A stretch of 63,140 bases of DNA, counting the filler, from Hyphochytrium catenoides (Eukaryota > Protista > Hyphochytriomycota), in assembly GCA_900088475.1 (NCBI GenBank). It is 9 parts of 9 records of this genome, joined end to end, with 100 filler letters (N's around TTAATTAATTAA, not from the genome) between each part and the next. Parts side by side here need not be neighbours in the genome. Positions count along the whole stretch, not along the records: positions 1 to 3,326 come from FLMG01003692.1; positions 3,427 to 12,060 come from FLMG01002859.1; positions 12,161 to 22,382 come from FLMG01002536.1; 6 more parts are not named here. One strand, 5' to 3'. The notes beneath the pieces are model-generated. The model had not been told where the DNA came from and ran no database searches. It saw nothing but the letters and a program-made list of their open reading frames with translations. The translations under genes and the position numbers were made by a program. Numbering within the stretch: position 1 is the first letter of the stretch; each line of letters begins with the position of its first letter. Shown in pieces: positions 1-12,414 of the stretch.

Positions 1-847
1 AGAGAGAGAGAGAGAGAGAGAAAGAGAGCTGAAATATTTATCTTGAGAAGAGGAGCCGGCCTGCCAGCTCTTAACGGCGCCTTGCCATGAGTTGTTTCTG
101 ACAAGCCTCCTCTCTCTCCTACAGCTTCTTTCTCTTTCTCTCTCTCTCTCTTCTCGGAGAGCTGCAACATTGAGGGAGACCCTCTCTTTTGCAAGACCCA
201 GGAAAAATTTGCTTCTGCGTAAAGTTTTCTCTTCTCTTTCTAGCTCTTTTTTATCTCCTCACTTACCCCTGTCGTCACATCTAGGCTGGTCTCTTTCTCT
301 CTCTCTCTCTACTCTAGAGGAGCCCTCTAGTCAAGCATTAGCGACCACTTTCTTCATCTCTGTCTCTCTCTCTCTCTCTCTTCTAGAGGAGCCCTCCAGT
401 CAAGCATTAGCAACCTCTTTCTTCATCTCTGTCTCTGTCTCGAATCTAGAGGAGCACTTTATTCAAACATGAGCAACCTCTTATCTCCATCTTCTTTCTC
501 CGTCTCTCTTTCTTTCTCTCTCTCTCTCTCTCTCTCTCCTAAACGGACTCCGTTCCTTTTGTTCTCTTCACCTCTCCATCTCCCCAGTAATCCTGCTGAT
601 GGTTCTGGAGCACTGGCAGGCCCAACAAGACGTTGCCTTACAGGGGCGACAAGAGCTCAAGAAAACTAGGTGGAAAGTTCCAGCAGCGCGTTATGCGGTC
701 TCTTTTACCAGCAGAATCGGTGGTGTCTCTCTCTCTCTCTCTCTCTCTCTGTCCAGCCAGTGTTCGCTGGTTATTTTGATGTCCCAAAGCGCAGGACTCT
801 TTGCTGGCACCCGCGGCCTCTGAGAGGAAGGAAGGAAGACAGACTGT

Positions 848-888
<41 letters not shown>

Positions 889-1182
889 ACTGATAGAGCG
901 AGTAGAAGACTGGAGAGACAAGGCAGAGGATGGTCCAACTTCACCTGGTTGTCCTGTGACTAAGTTCCTTTCTCTCCTAACGATCTGTGAGACTCCTGGG
1001 GGTCAGTGGCACGACTGAGGAGAGAGAGAGAAAGAGAGAGAGAAACTTGTCAGGGAGAGAAGAGCAAAGAGAGGCAAGGAGGAGATGCACATCATCAGTA
1101 GTTTAATTTAGGAAAGACTAACTCTTTGGGTGCCCAGACGTTCTGGGATCTCTCTTTAATGTTACACGGCTTTCTAGGCGAA

Positions 1183-1219
<37 letters not shown>

Positions 1220-2387
1220 CCCATGAACCTCGATCAACGACTCTCTCTCCTCCTTGTTTTTCGATCAACGAGTCTCTCTCCTTTAGGTGCTCTTTCGCTG
1301 AAGTGACATGTTTGTGCAATGGCAGGAAAGGGTAAAGAGAGAGAATAAACTGGTCAACGTCCTCTCTCTCACTGTCGTCTCTCTCCCTTTTACAAAAGAG
1401 AAAGGAGGAAATTCTTTTGAATAGTGAAGAGACAGAGACAGAGAGACATAGAGAACGAGAGAGAGAGAGAGAGAGATACAGAGCGAGAGAGAGAGAGAGA
1501 GAGAACCGATGAAGGGAGACATGGTCATTAGAATGTAAGAGTCACACATCAAATAGGAGAGAGAGACGGAAGTGGAAAGAAGAAGAAAGGAGAAAGGCGT
1601 ATGACAGAACGGAGAAGGGAAGAGAGGGAAACAGAGCCGTGTTGTCAGGGGAAGTCAAAGAAGTTGAGAGGAAAAGAGAGGGAGAGAGAGACAGAAGTCA
1701 GAGAGAGACAGAAGTCAGACAGAGACAGAAGTCAGACTGGCCAGCGACACACAGGAGGAAACAGAGAGGATGAGGAGATGGGGACGGCAGAGAAAACGGT
1801 GAGAAGAGAGAGACAGAGAAAGAGGTAAAACTGTAGAACTAGAACAAAGAAAAAAAGAAGAGAGAGAGAGCACAGGACCGGGGAGGTGTGGAGAGAGAGA
1901 GAGAGAGTGAGTGTGGAGAGAGAGAGGCGTGGGACAGGAAAGAGGGAGAGAGACAGAGAGAGAAAGAGAGAGACAAAGAGAGAGAGAGACACAGCATCGC
2001 AATCAGTAAAACCACTGTGTTGTCATCAAGCTGCGTCACACAAACTCCAGAATACATTTGTGCGGAATGAGGTTTATACCGAATAGTACTAGCTGAAATA
2101 CTGAATCTAGCTGATGAAGAGGATTGCTTCTGGTGATTCACGTTGGACAGGTGCCGTTTGGGCCAGACGTTCGCCAGACAGAGAGGTTAGGTAACGAGAC
2201 AGAGTAAAACATAGACAAAATAGATGTATTATATTTCAGGTTAAATGGAAAAAGCGATCTCGTACTAGATGAGCTCTGGAAGGATAGAGGTAGGGACGAG
2301 ATGGATTCTTTGCAGAGAGAGAGAGGAGAGAGGAAAAAGGAATCTTCCCACTCAAACCAAAGGTCAAACCGATCTGTAAGATGCACT

Positions 2388-2443
<56 letters not shown>

Positions 2444-3011
2444 GAGAGAGAGGGAGAGAGGAGAGGAGAGAGAGGGAGGGAGAGAGGGAGGGAGAGAGAG
2501 AGAGAGCGCGTGGAATAGGACAGAGGACAGAGAAGGGAAACAGCAAAAACGTCTGAGTCTTGCTCATAGACTCATGAGGCTCAGGCCGCAGAGCTGCCAA
2601 GCTGGACAATGGGTTGACGAAGAGAGAGAGAGAGAGAGAGAGAGCATCCAAGCAAGAAGGGAAACAGAGTTGAGAAGGACAGAAGAGAAAGACTAGAGCG
2701 AGCGAACGAGAGAGAGAGAGAGAAAGAGGGAAAGGAATCATGGAGGACACTGTCGTCCAGGCAGCAGGGAGAGCGTTGGCCTGAGGACACTACCAATTTT
2801 CCTAATCGTCTCTCTCTTGCTCTTCCAAAGGCATCGCGCGGGGCTAGAAAGAAACACACATATATATATACGTGGAGAGCAATAAGGCCGAGAGAAAGAG
2901 AGATTCTAAGGTGGAAAGAGTACGAGGCTTGCTCTTCTGCCAGCGACAGCCAGACAATACAACCGGGATCTGAGCTTTTGTGTCAGAAGAGAGAGAGCGA
3001 GATAGACGGGG

Positions 3012-3046
<35 letters not shown>

Positions 3047-3326
3047 GAGAGAGCGATAGACGAGCGAAAAAAGAGAAACGGCGCACTCTTTTCTTGAGAG
3101 AGAAGGAGGAACAAACCATCATGAGCCTGCTTTCTCTAAGAACAGACTCAAGCTTTCCATGCGGCCACCGCGACAGAAAAGAGAGAGGAGAGGGAGAAAG
3201 GGAAACTCGAGAGTCACTTCTCTTCGACAGCGAGCGTGGCTGGAGAGAGAGAGAGGAAAATGCGAAAGCCACTAGAGAAGAGACAAGGAGAAAGACAGCC
3301 AGCAGGTTCTTTCGGTGCTGGACAGG
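1..3326. repeat. Contig dominated by (AG)n/(CT)n microsatellite and low-complexity sequence
   Basis: Numerous GA/CT dinucleotide tracts; ORFs translate to ERER/LSLS low-complexity peptides; no recognisable domain. Confidence 0.85.
313..500 (+). repeat. Short degenerate tandem repeat (three copies, about 65-70 bp)
   Basis: TCTAGAGGAGCCCTC(T/C)AGTCAAGCATTAGC...CTTCATCTCTGTCTCT at about 313 and 382, with a diverged copy at about 445. Confidence 0.7.
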
Positions 3327-3426
3327 NNNNNNNNNNNNNNNNNNNNNNNNNNNNNNNNNNNNNNNNNNNNTTAATTAATTAANNNNNNNNNNNNNNNNNN
3401 NNNNNNNNNNNNNNNNNNNNNNNNNN
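3327..3426. other. Artificial contig-joining spacer (N-run/TTAATTAATTAA/N-run); first of eight
   Basis: Identical 100-nt spacers at 3327-3426, 12061-12160, 22383-22482, 24756-24855, 48482-48581, 53535-53634, 55829-55928 and 61109-61208. The core has stops in all six frames and genes are truncated at these points. Confidence 0.97.
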
Positions 3427-6400
3427 ACCCTGTCTGCTTCGTTCTTAGTAGGCTGTGATGGTGCCCGTAGCCGTGTTCGCTCCCTGATGGGCCTTCCTGC
3501 TTCACAAGGGGAGGTCTATCAGCATCTCATGAACTTACATTTCACATGGAAACCGGTAAGGCTTATTGGACTGCGCGCCCTAAGAAAACGAGGTTTCTAC
3601 GTTAAGGATCTTGAGACCATGAGGACAGGAGAGCACCATTAATGAACTAGTTACCTCTGCTTTACTGTTGCTCTTATCACTGCTACTCCCGAGCTTTGAC
3701 TCAACGCATAGTCTGCTTGCAAACCTCTCTAATCTGTCGTCTCCTTGTTCTATTTTGTCCTACGTTTCCCGAAAAGTACTCTGGTTGATCAGTTTCTTTC
3801 TTCCATCAATATTATGTTCCCTTGTACCAGGATGAGAGCGAAAAGCTATCGCACCCTGCAATGCTTTACTTCGTTGTAAGTCAATTTCTCGCCCTTATCC
3901 GCTCTGTCTCGGCCAGGGCACTATGACCCGTTCTCCCACTATCAGTGACGCTTTTGCTGCTATGTAAAAGATTCTTTCTCTGCCTCTTCTAGCCCTTGTA
4001 CTTCTCTCCTTTCTATCGGGTGAGCTGCCTACTTCTTCCAATTCCTGTGCTACAGTCTGCATAAGGAAAGATAGAACAACTAGCTGAGAGCTGATCAGAG
4101 CGGCTATGCCAGGGCCAAAACAATCACTTCGGTCTCCTTGTCTCCTTGTCTCTATGGTCCTCTATGTTGACGTCTCCGGTTAAGGTGCTCTCACCTCTTT
4201 GCAGTTCAACAAGGACGTAATAGCCGTATTGATAGCCCACAATGTTAGCAGAGGAGAGTGGGTCGCACAGGTGCCATACTTTCCCCCTTATCAGACGCCC
4301 AAGGTAATATACCACTGCTAGACATAGGCTCATCATCGTCTCCATCGTATGTTCGCCAAGCGATGTCAAATACTACCCATGAGTTTCATCCTTGCGTTTA
4401 TCGTCTGATATGTCTAGAGGGGTTCTCTCTCTATATATATAGATTTTGAAGGCTCCCGTTTTCTTACGGTTCTCTTGTCTTTTCCTGACGCTTCTGGGTG
4501 CCACTGTCTGCTTTCCGCTGATATGTCCTGTGTACTACGCTCTTGATAGAAAATTCTTTGCATGATCCAACTTTGCACCTTCTTCCCTGACTGTCTCGGT
4601 TTCTGGTAATAGATGTTCACCGAAAGCTATTGCGAAGAGATTCTTCGCAAAGCATTCTATGGACCTCGCAGCGGTCAAGACCTTGGGAAAAGGTTCAGTA
4701 TACATTCTAAGCAAAGCTGGAGGATGACCGCGGACGTGGCTGCAAACTATGTAAATGACAGGGTACGTGTTTGCCCCTCCAACCCATGCGCAGCTCCCTC
4801 TTCAGTCGCATATTTTGCTTGCACGCGAGGGTTTGTCTCATCCTGGTCTAGCCTTTTCTATTTCACTCTTAACGGCCTGTTTTGGCTGCATCGTCTTTGA
4901 TACTCAAAGAGTCAAGTAAATGTCTCAATCCGAGTGCGGCCTGTGTCTTGATTGCCCAGATTATCATTGCTGGGGACGCGGCCCATCAGTTCCCTCCCGC
5001 TGGAGGCTTTGGGATGAACACTGGCATCCAGGTAACCAATCTGGATTGTCTCCACCGTTTTACTATCGCTGTCCCTACTCTTTCTTGCTTGCTTGGTGAA
5101 CTTCATCAGACTCAATGGCCCTTTCTTTCCTAAAGTTACTATCTCCCGCGAACTTCTGCAGCCCTGCCTCGATACCTATGGTCAACTCCGGAGGGCCTGC
5201 GCTTAAAGGCATAAGCTGGCTTCTTTTTCTAAAGCCCTTCTTGACAGGATGTCCACAATCTCTATTGGAAGCTCGCTTTAGTGCTGCAAAATAAGTTCCC
5301 CCGGTCTCTGCTTCGCACGTACGAGGTGGAAAGGAGGCAGACCGCTAAGGAGAACACATCCCTAAGCCTCAAAAACTACGAAAGGAATAGCAGAGTACCT
5401 AGAGCACTAGGAGTTGATCCCGACATGGCAGGACTCTTGATGAAGGTAGTTGCGATCCTTGAATGACTATGGTAGCCGCAACGTTTAGATGAATCACAAT
5501 GGGAGACGGGAACCATTTTTGATGGCTATCCGAAAGGGCAATTTGATGCTGTCCGAATGGGCAATTAGTATAGCTAAAGGGAGGGAAACAGCTGTTGACC
5601 AGAAGCTGAATTTTTATCTACAGACAATGTCGAGCGGCGTTATGGCTTTCTTACCCTTCGGGGCGCAACAAGCAGTGAGTACAGGCGCAGTAATTTTCCT
5701 ACCGTGCTCGCTAACAGCTCCAGACCCAAGTTACCTTGCATAGCTGCTGCTCCCGTTAGCCTTCTTTTCACTCCCTCCTCTCCACTCGTTTAGACAGTTT
5801 GAGGCAACACTGTCTTTTGTCCTAGACCTTGACCCAGGACTATCGGGGTGTCCGTTTGTTTACGCCGCGCTCTCTTGTGCTTCGTGATACCGTTGTTAGA
5901 TGGTGCAACAGACGCTATCGCTTGGTGCAAGTCAGCTGGACTGGCTGGATTTTGATGACAGCTTCATCGGGAACTCACGGCGTGCCCTTGCACGGACGCT
6001 GGTGAACAATAGAGAGTCGCTTGGCATGCTGGTGGGTGGCTGTGTGTGCAGTCTGGTCTTTCTGTCCAGTGTTCTGCCATTCCATTTCCTCGCCCCCTCT
6101 GACTTAATTTTCTATCTGATTCCGTTCATCCTTGAGCAACCACATAATGCTAGCCCTTCATTAGACAAACTTTACCTTCTCTCGTACCTCTCTCTCTCCC
6201 TTGTCGCTTTGTCGGTCTCTGTTCTGCGTCTATTTCCTCTACCCCATCCCCTTCTCTCTCCTTCGCTCTCTCTCTCTCTCTTCGCGCTCTCTTTCCCTTC
6301 CATTCTCTCTCTCTCTCTATCACATATCTATCAATCCTCCCTCCTTCTTCCCAATCTTTACTGTCTATCTAAAGCCGCGAGATTTGTTTTCGATCTGCTG

Positions 6401-7234
6401 GGCGTTCAACATCCCTGACACTTTCTATGCTTAGTATCCCGCGCAGGACCTTGGGTTCAGATACTCGGCCCCGGGAAGCTTCATTGACGCATCAGCTGCG
6501 CTGCGTAAAGACGAAGAGGAATTCTACAGCAGAAAAGCGCTGTCTGATGCGGTCATGAGAGAGGACAAGCTTATAGGCGGAAGAGGAGGTTATCACTTCT
6601 TCTCCTCTCCGGGGGCGCGCCTTCCCCATCTGATGGTGCAAGTGCTTGACAAGGCTGTGGGCCGCAAGGTAAACGATTGCGGAGGGCCTCTCCCCACCTT
6701 TGCCTATCACCGCCCTTTCCCCCTCTATTCCTCTCTAGGTAATTCGTTGCTTCCTGCCGTTTGGTGATTCTGACTTCCCATCCTTCCCACTATGATCCTG
6801 CTCATTCTCNNNNNNNNNNNNNNNNNNNNNNNNNNNNNNNNNNNGTCTCCTTCGCATCTCCGGTTTCTTTCGTTTTGCTATCCACGCTAGAGAATGGCCA
6901 CAAGCTTTTAGAGGCCACTGCTGAGCTGAAAAGAGTGCTTCCGAACCTAGAGCTTCCTCTTTCTGTGGCACTTCTAGCTTCATGCCAGGACCAGTTTGCT
7001 GGCCATAATCTGTTTGTGGGCGAGGACGGGACAAGAGAAGATGTGCTGATTGCTGTGCCCTTGAACGAGGGCGAGCAGAATGTATGGGAAGGAACACTTG
7101 GAGCTGAAGAAGGAAGCGTGCTCTTTATTCGGCCCGACGGACACGTTCTCTCCAGGGTGAGCTGCCAAGAGATGTCCACGTCTTCATCAGTCCAGCTTGC
7201 CCAGAAGCTGAGCCAGATATTTGCTATGCTCTAG
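3427..7234 (+). CDS. FAD-dependent aromatic monooxygenase (PheA/TfdB, FAD_binding_3 family; resembles Arabidopsis EMB2421-type), multi-exon, 5' truncated
   Basis: Exons encode FLVGCDGARSRVR (DG motif), IIAGDAAHQFPPAGGFGMNTGIQ|DVHNLYWKL (GD motif), TYEVERR, YPAQDLGFRY, PGARLPH and C-terminal LFIRPDGHV; GT-AG introns; stop at 7234. Confidence 0.92.
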
Positions 7235-8029
7235 CCTCCTATATCTACTGACGGGAAAGCTGAGGACCTTTACTCAGCAGCAGCTGTTCCTCTTCTCTGT
7301 CGGACTTTCGGAAAATAGGGACGTTGGGGAGCTGGATCCTTGACTCTAGCCAATCCTGCTAGCGTGTTCCTCTCGGGCAATATGCTCAAGAGCAACATCG
7401 AGGTCGATCTGCAGGTGACTGAGAACAATCAAGGAAATCAGGAGTTGCCTCTTGCTGCAAGGCGACGCAGTCGAAGCCGCAGCTTGCCGGGAGGGGAGAG
7501 GCATATTTGGCGCCTTCTGTAGAAAGTCCTCACATAAACTATCTTAATCCCCTAGCTTCCTACTCTTGTCTCTTGACAGTGCAGTAGATGCGAGACGGGA
7601 AGATAGAACACATAGCGCCCATTCTTCAAGTTCACCTAGCTCCCAGCCGTCGCACTTCTCCTGAAGAGCGTATAACCACCTCCAAGATTTTGAGAGGCAA
7701 GCGGGCAGGGAAATTTTATACGACAAAAGTCCTTGTTGCACCTTCCGACGGCTTCGATGCAAAGCATCGGAGTGCGAGGAAAGTGACAAGAACCATTTTC
7801 TGAACATATGACAGACGTAGGTAATAAAGAGGGAGCAACTGCCAAACGTCGGCGCTCTGAAGTGCCCAACATAAATCCTTCCTAAACGAGAGAGCGAGAA
7901 AGACAAAGCCCAGGGAGCAACACGGGAACAGGCCCACAGAGAGAACTGAAAGAAGGAGAGACAGAGTTATGGCGGAAGAGAATAATGGGGATTGACTGAG
8001 AAATAGCTGATGTCGCTGTAAATATCTTA

Positions 8030-8233
8030 TTAGTATCTGTGATTGACCGCAAACTTCTGCGGGTATTGGAGAGTCTCTGTCCAGTATCCTTGCACAGATG
8101 GTGTCTGACTCTTCACTGGAACCTTAAGGCGCGTCATCTTTCTGCCACTGGTGTCTCTCATACGCTGAGCCATCATTGAAATAAAGCTAACATCCTTGTT
8201 CCTAAGGTCCGCGACCTTCTGCTCGTTTGTGCC

Positions 8234-8269
<36 letters not shown>

Positions 8270-8880
8270 ACAAGTAAGCACGACAGCAACAACAGCGTCA
8301 CCTTCGATGGACATAATGAGCAACCTAGCCATAAAGAAGGTAGGACCATGTAAAAAGAGCACAAAGTACAGATCAATGACCGCGATGGGGTCCAGGTCCC
8401 GCAGAGCTAAGTAGAGGAGCGGTAGAGACAGAGACAAGGAAAGACAGCTCGACAGGGTAGACTAGTGAATAGACATCCCACACTGTAAACGGGGAGAGAT
8501 AGTGAAAGGAGCAAAGGGTTTCATACACGATAGGGAACCAAGACCATCGAATACTCACAGTAGTTTGCAATAATGACGGGATGTCTCCCGGGCTTGATCT
8601 CTGTCCTAATCTGGAGCTGGGGATTTTTTCTCGCGAACTCAATGAGCCCTTCAGAGATGTACTCCCTTTGAAGGCACAAACGGACCATTTGAGTCATCGT
8701 GAGAGAGAAATATTGCATAAGACCGTCAAGGAACAGGAGAAGAGCAGCAGAAATCAGCTGTGAGCTACTGAAGCTTCACCTATCACTATTGAACACATAC
8801 CTGGCACCCTTGCTGCTCCCTGAGTGCTCACAATACCGGACGACGAGCTCCTTCAGCTGCCAAACACCCCTGTTTGCCAT
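8030..8880 (-). CDS. MRPL43: Mitochondrial ribosomal protein L43 (mL43; L51/S25/CI-B8 domain), 3 exons
   Basis: ATG at 8880: MANRGVWQLKELVVRYCEHSGSSKGAR|EYISEGLIEFARKNPQLQIRTEIKPGRHPVIIANY|...RMRDTSGRKMTRLKVPVKSQTPSVQGYW; GT-AG junctions. Confidence 0.93.
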
Positions 8881-9434
8881 ATTCCAGTAGTAATGAAGTG
8901 GGTTCAGACCCAAATAGTCTGGTGTACAAGGCAACCAACTTCCCAAGCTCCCAGATTTGTCTCCCTGGCGCGTCTGTCCGACGATAGAGTGTCAGAAGAT
9001 GTCTGCAGATGGAGCTTTTTCGCGCCTTCAGTCAGTCTCCGCTGCGCGGGTTCCCGATGAGAGTTGTTGATGGCCCTGACTAACACACAAAGAGAGGCAA
9101 CAGCCCTACAAACCCACATCTGACCTACAGACCAATCCCAAGCCATTGACTGAGTCCTGAACTCAAACACATATAGAACCAAACCCACCACGATACCAAT
9201 AGCTGGTAACGCCTAACAAAAGCCCTTGGGTAGCCGCTAACGATAATGTTTCGCAAACCACATTGAGGCTTCTGATCCTCTGACTGATGAGCTTCACATC
9301 ACAAAGCCCAAGATCCTTCGACAGTTAGAAGAGAGACTTTGACTCCTAGCTGAAGCTCGTCCCCTGCCCTCTGTGAGGTCAAACAGAGGCAACGGAGAAC
9401 TTAAGTCAAGGTCAAGAAACTTCAGAACCTACCG

Positions 9435-10019
9435 ATGGCGTTGCGGGGCGTATCTTTGAAGCTCGTTAGAGCTGGCTCCTCTCTGAGGTCTGGCAAGAGC
9501 TTCTCTATCAGTACTAGAAGTTTAACCACTTCTTCCAGAGGCTTGACTTCCACACCTGCCCCAACACGTCTTCCATCCTTTACTACGGTCGGAAGGAGCC
9601 CTCACTTCAGTGGCTCGATCATACCTCTCAGAGCTAACTTCTCTAGTCTCACCTCGGGCTCCAACTTTGAGGATAGCCCCCTTATCAGGCGGTTGAGAGA
9701 GAGGCTGCAAGAGAAGCCTGAGTTCATGGAGTTGACGACTAAGATCATAGGCAATCCAGAGCTGATGAAAGCTTTTAGCGACCACCATGCGCTACTGCAG
9801 CGGAAAGGATTTATTGATATGCTCCCGAAGGAGGGCGGCAAGAGCTTAGGGATGATGCAGATGGCGCGGCTGATGCAGAAAGGAATGATGGATTCGGAGG
9901 TTAAAGACAGCAACATGGCGCTGCTAGAGCATATGAGGCGAGCTGGGCTGAGCCAAGAGGAGTTCATCCCCTTTCTGAAGATTTTGAAGGAAGAGCTGAC
10001 CTCTCCTCCACCACCATAA
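9435..10019 (+). CDS. Single-exon 194-aa hypothetical protein with mitochondrial presequence-like N-terminus and Met-rich helical (STI1-like) C-terminus
   Basis: N-terminal ~75 aa rich in R/S/L and lacking acidic residues; C-terminal amphipathic Met-rich helices (GNPELMKAF, MMQMARLMQ). Confidence 0.7.
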   Translation: MALRGVSLKLVRAGSSLRSGKSFSISTRSLTTSSRGLTSTPAPTRLPSFTTVGRSPHFSGSIIPLRANFSSLTSGSNFEDSPLIRRLRERLQEKPEFMELTTKIIGNPELMKAFSDHHALLQRKGFIDMLPKEGGKSLGMMQMARLMQKGMMDSEVKDSNMALLEHMRRAGLSQEEFIPFLKILKEELTSPPPP

Positions 10020-11042
10020 CTGTGATGAATGAATAATGAGAGAAGCGCCATCCGACAGTTCAGATACATCTTGGGTCCTGCTAATTGATTTCCTTCCCTT
10101 CTCTCTTTGCTAAGTTTGCTTTTTCTCTCTCGCTCTCTCCCATGCTTCTTCTCTCGGCTCTCGTTCTCTGTCGCTTGCTCTTGCCTTCCTCGTTTGCTCC
10201 CTTCCTGTGTCTCTTCGCTCTTCCTCGGTTGCCTCTCTTCGTTGTCACTCTCTTGCTTTCAATCTCTTTCTCCGTCATCGCCATCTTGTCAAGTTCACTT
10301 CCCTGTCTTTTCCTCCTCCTCTGGACTAGATACATGTTAGAATAGGGAGGAGCTTGTAGGACGGAGGACACTGCCTTGGAGGGAGAGAGAGAAAAAATGA
10401 AAGAGAAGGAGAGAGAGAGAGAGAGAGGCGACAGAGGACGAGCGAGAGAGTGCTAGACAGAGTGTGCGTAGTGTGGTCTGCTAGAAAGTAAGAGAGAGAG
10501 ACAGAGAGAGAGACAGAGAGAGAGGCAGAGAGAGAGGCAGAGAGAGAGAGAGAACTGAGAGAGGAAATAAAGTGCAGGTAAAGCGCCTACATTGCGTGAG
10601 ATTGTCGCATTCTGAAGCACAAACCACCATAGAGTGAGTTCTGGACTATGTAATATCAAGTCTCCATTCTTATCACATCGTCAACTTGCACAACAACTGT
10701 CCAAATAATTTCGCTTAGCAAAGTGGTCTCATGCTGTTCTGATGTACTGCTCTCTCTCGCACACCAAACGACACCGCCAACAGGTGCTTCCTACATCCTT
10801 CTTCCTCTCTCTCTCCTTGGCTCTTCCCGTCGCCTTGCTGTCTCTTCCCGGACTCGTTCTTCCCAATCCAATCTTGCCTGTCTTTCGCACTACGAAGATC
10901 TGTGCGTGACAAGTCGAGATCCTATTTCCAGAGAGAGAGAGAAGGCAGGGAAGATGCCAGGGCTGCGGGCTGAGGAGATGGAGCCAGTGCGGCTGCACTG
11001 ATTCACCTTCCAGAGCCTTGCCCCACGATCCTGTCTGCCGGG

Positions 11043-12060
11043 ATGGCTGAGATATGGGGCTCGCTCGTGCGACTCGGTAAGAAAGAATGGTCTCCTTCAT
11101 CAATGCTTGTCCTTCTGTCGACGGCGCTAGTTAGGAGGCTTGCTTGTTGTCTCTCTTCTCACACCAACGCTCCCACATCTAGAAAGTCTTTGTAGAACGC
11201 GATATGTTCCTTCTAATTCGCTTGCCACTCTCCACTATTTATTATCACTTTTTACGCAGACAGGTATATGCCAATGACTCTCTTCCGCCTTTGTCTCCCT
11301 TCCTTCTCGCCTTGTCTTTCTGACTAACGTTATAATCTGTCCAGGACCTAATGGGAAGGCAGTCCACCAGGATCTGCTCTATAAGGAGGAAGTACTAGTT
11401 GGAAGAGAGCGTCACTCTGCTGATGTCCACATCCCAGAACGCTACGTCTCCTCGAGGCACTTCACTCTTCGCCGCAATAGGTGCCACGCTCTCCTTCGTC
11501 CTCCTTCGGACGTCTTCGTTTCTCTTTCTTTCTCTCTCACTCTCGTGCTCTCTTTTTCTGGATATCCCTTCCCTCTTATTTGTAAATTTCCCTGGTAGGC
11601 TGGACGGCAGGTTGGAGCTTCAGGATCATAGCAGGAATGGCACGCTAGTCAACGGGAACTTGCTGAAAAGAGCTACAGTCCTTCTTTCCCAGGGCTGTGA
11701 GCTATCGTTTCCACCTACAAAGGGAGAACAGCAGCCCTTGAGGCTGAAGCTCTGTCTGGGGAGGAGGCGAGATAGACCTAGCAATGGGGAGACTGGAAAG
11801 GAGACAGAGAGTCATCCTGGCGGTAGGAATGATCCGCCTCGATCCATCCTCCCTCTCCTCTATGTTCCCCTTAACACCCATCCTGTCTCGCTAGGATGAG
11901 CCTTAAAACCTTGACGCTTTGTTGCTCCTAGCAGACTTGCAGAAACAGCCTGACCAGGAGTTACCGTTGACCTCGGACACGGTGGATAGAAGTGATGGGC
12001 TACGGCGAATGGAAACAAGTGAACTCTCCTCGGCACCACAGGCCAGCTGCACCATCTCGC
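11043..12060 (+). CDS. FHA-domain protein (N-terminal FHA as in CHFR/Chk2-type proteins), 3' truncated by contig end
   Basis: Exon 1 MAEIWGSLVRL|gtaag; exon 2 (from about 11345) EEVLVGRERHSADVHIPERYVSSRHFTL; exon 3 LELQDHSRNGTLVNG. These are the conserved FHA GR, SxxH and NG motifs. Confidence 0.8.
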
Positions 12061-12414
12061 NNNNNNNNNNNNNNNNNNNNNNNNNNNNNNNNNNNNNNNN
12101 NNNNTTAATTAATTAANNNNNNNNNNNNNNNNNNNNNNNNNNNNNNNNNNNNNNNNNNNNTCAATGCTAAGAGAAAGCGTCGTCGGCCGTATCGTACGGG
12201 AGCAACTTTCCCCTTCTTAGTAAAGGCAGGTGCTCAGGGCGACAGAGTATATAAGGCGAGCTCGAGCGGATAAGGATTCACTTGGTCATGTCCTGTGGCG
12301 TTGAAAGGGAGTCCCAGCGGCATAGGGGCATGCTATAGACGTATAAATGACAGAATTAATATGATGGTATAGACACTTCTCTGCTTTCGGGTTAGCCTTT
12401 AGACTTGTTAGCAG

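Noticed and set aside
313-500. Repeat-spacer-like pattern suggestive of CRISPR
   Set aside because: Only three degenerate units separated by CT tracts, eukaryotic context and no cas genes.
92-3378. Many ORFs with ERERER or LSLSLS runs (also 43972-45435, 51097-53457, 61304-62393)
   Set aside because: Translations of GA/CT microsatellites, which lack stop codons by composition.
9050-9300. C/D-box-like words (GATGA...CTGA) in the divergent promoter
   Set aside because: No canonical spacing, terminal stem or identifiable rRNA guide.
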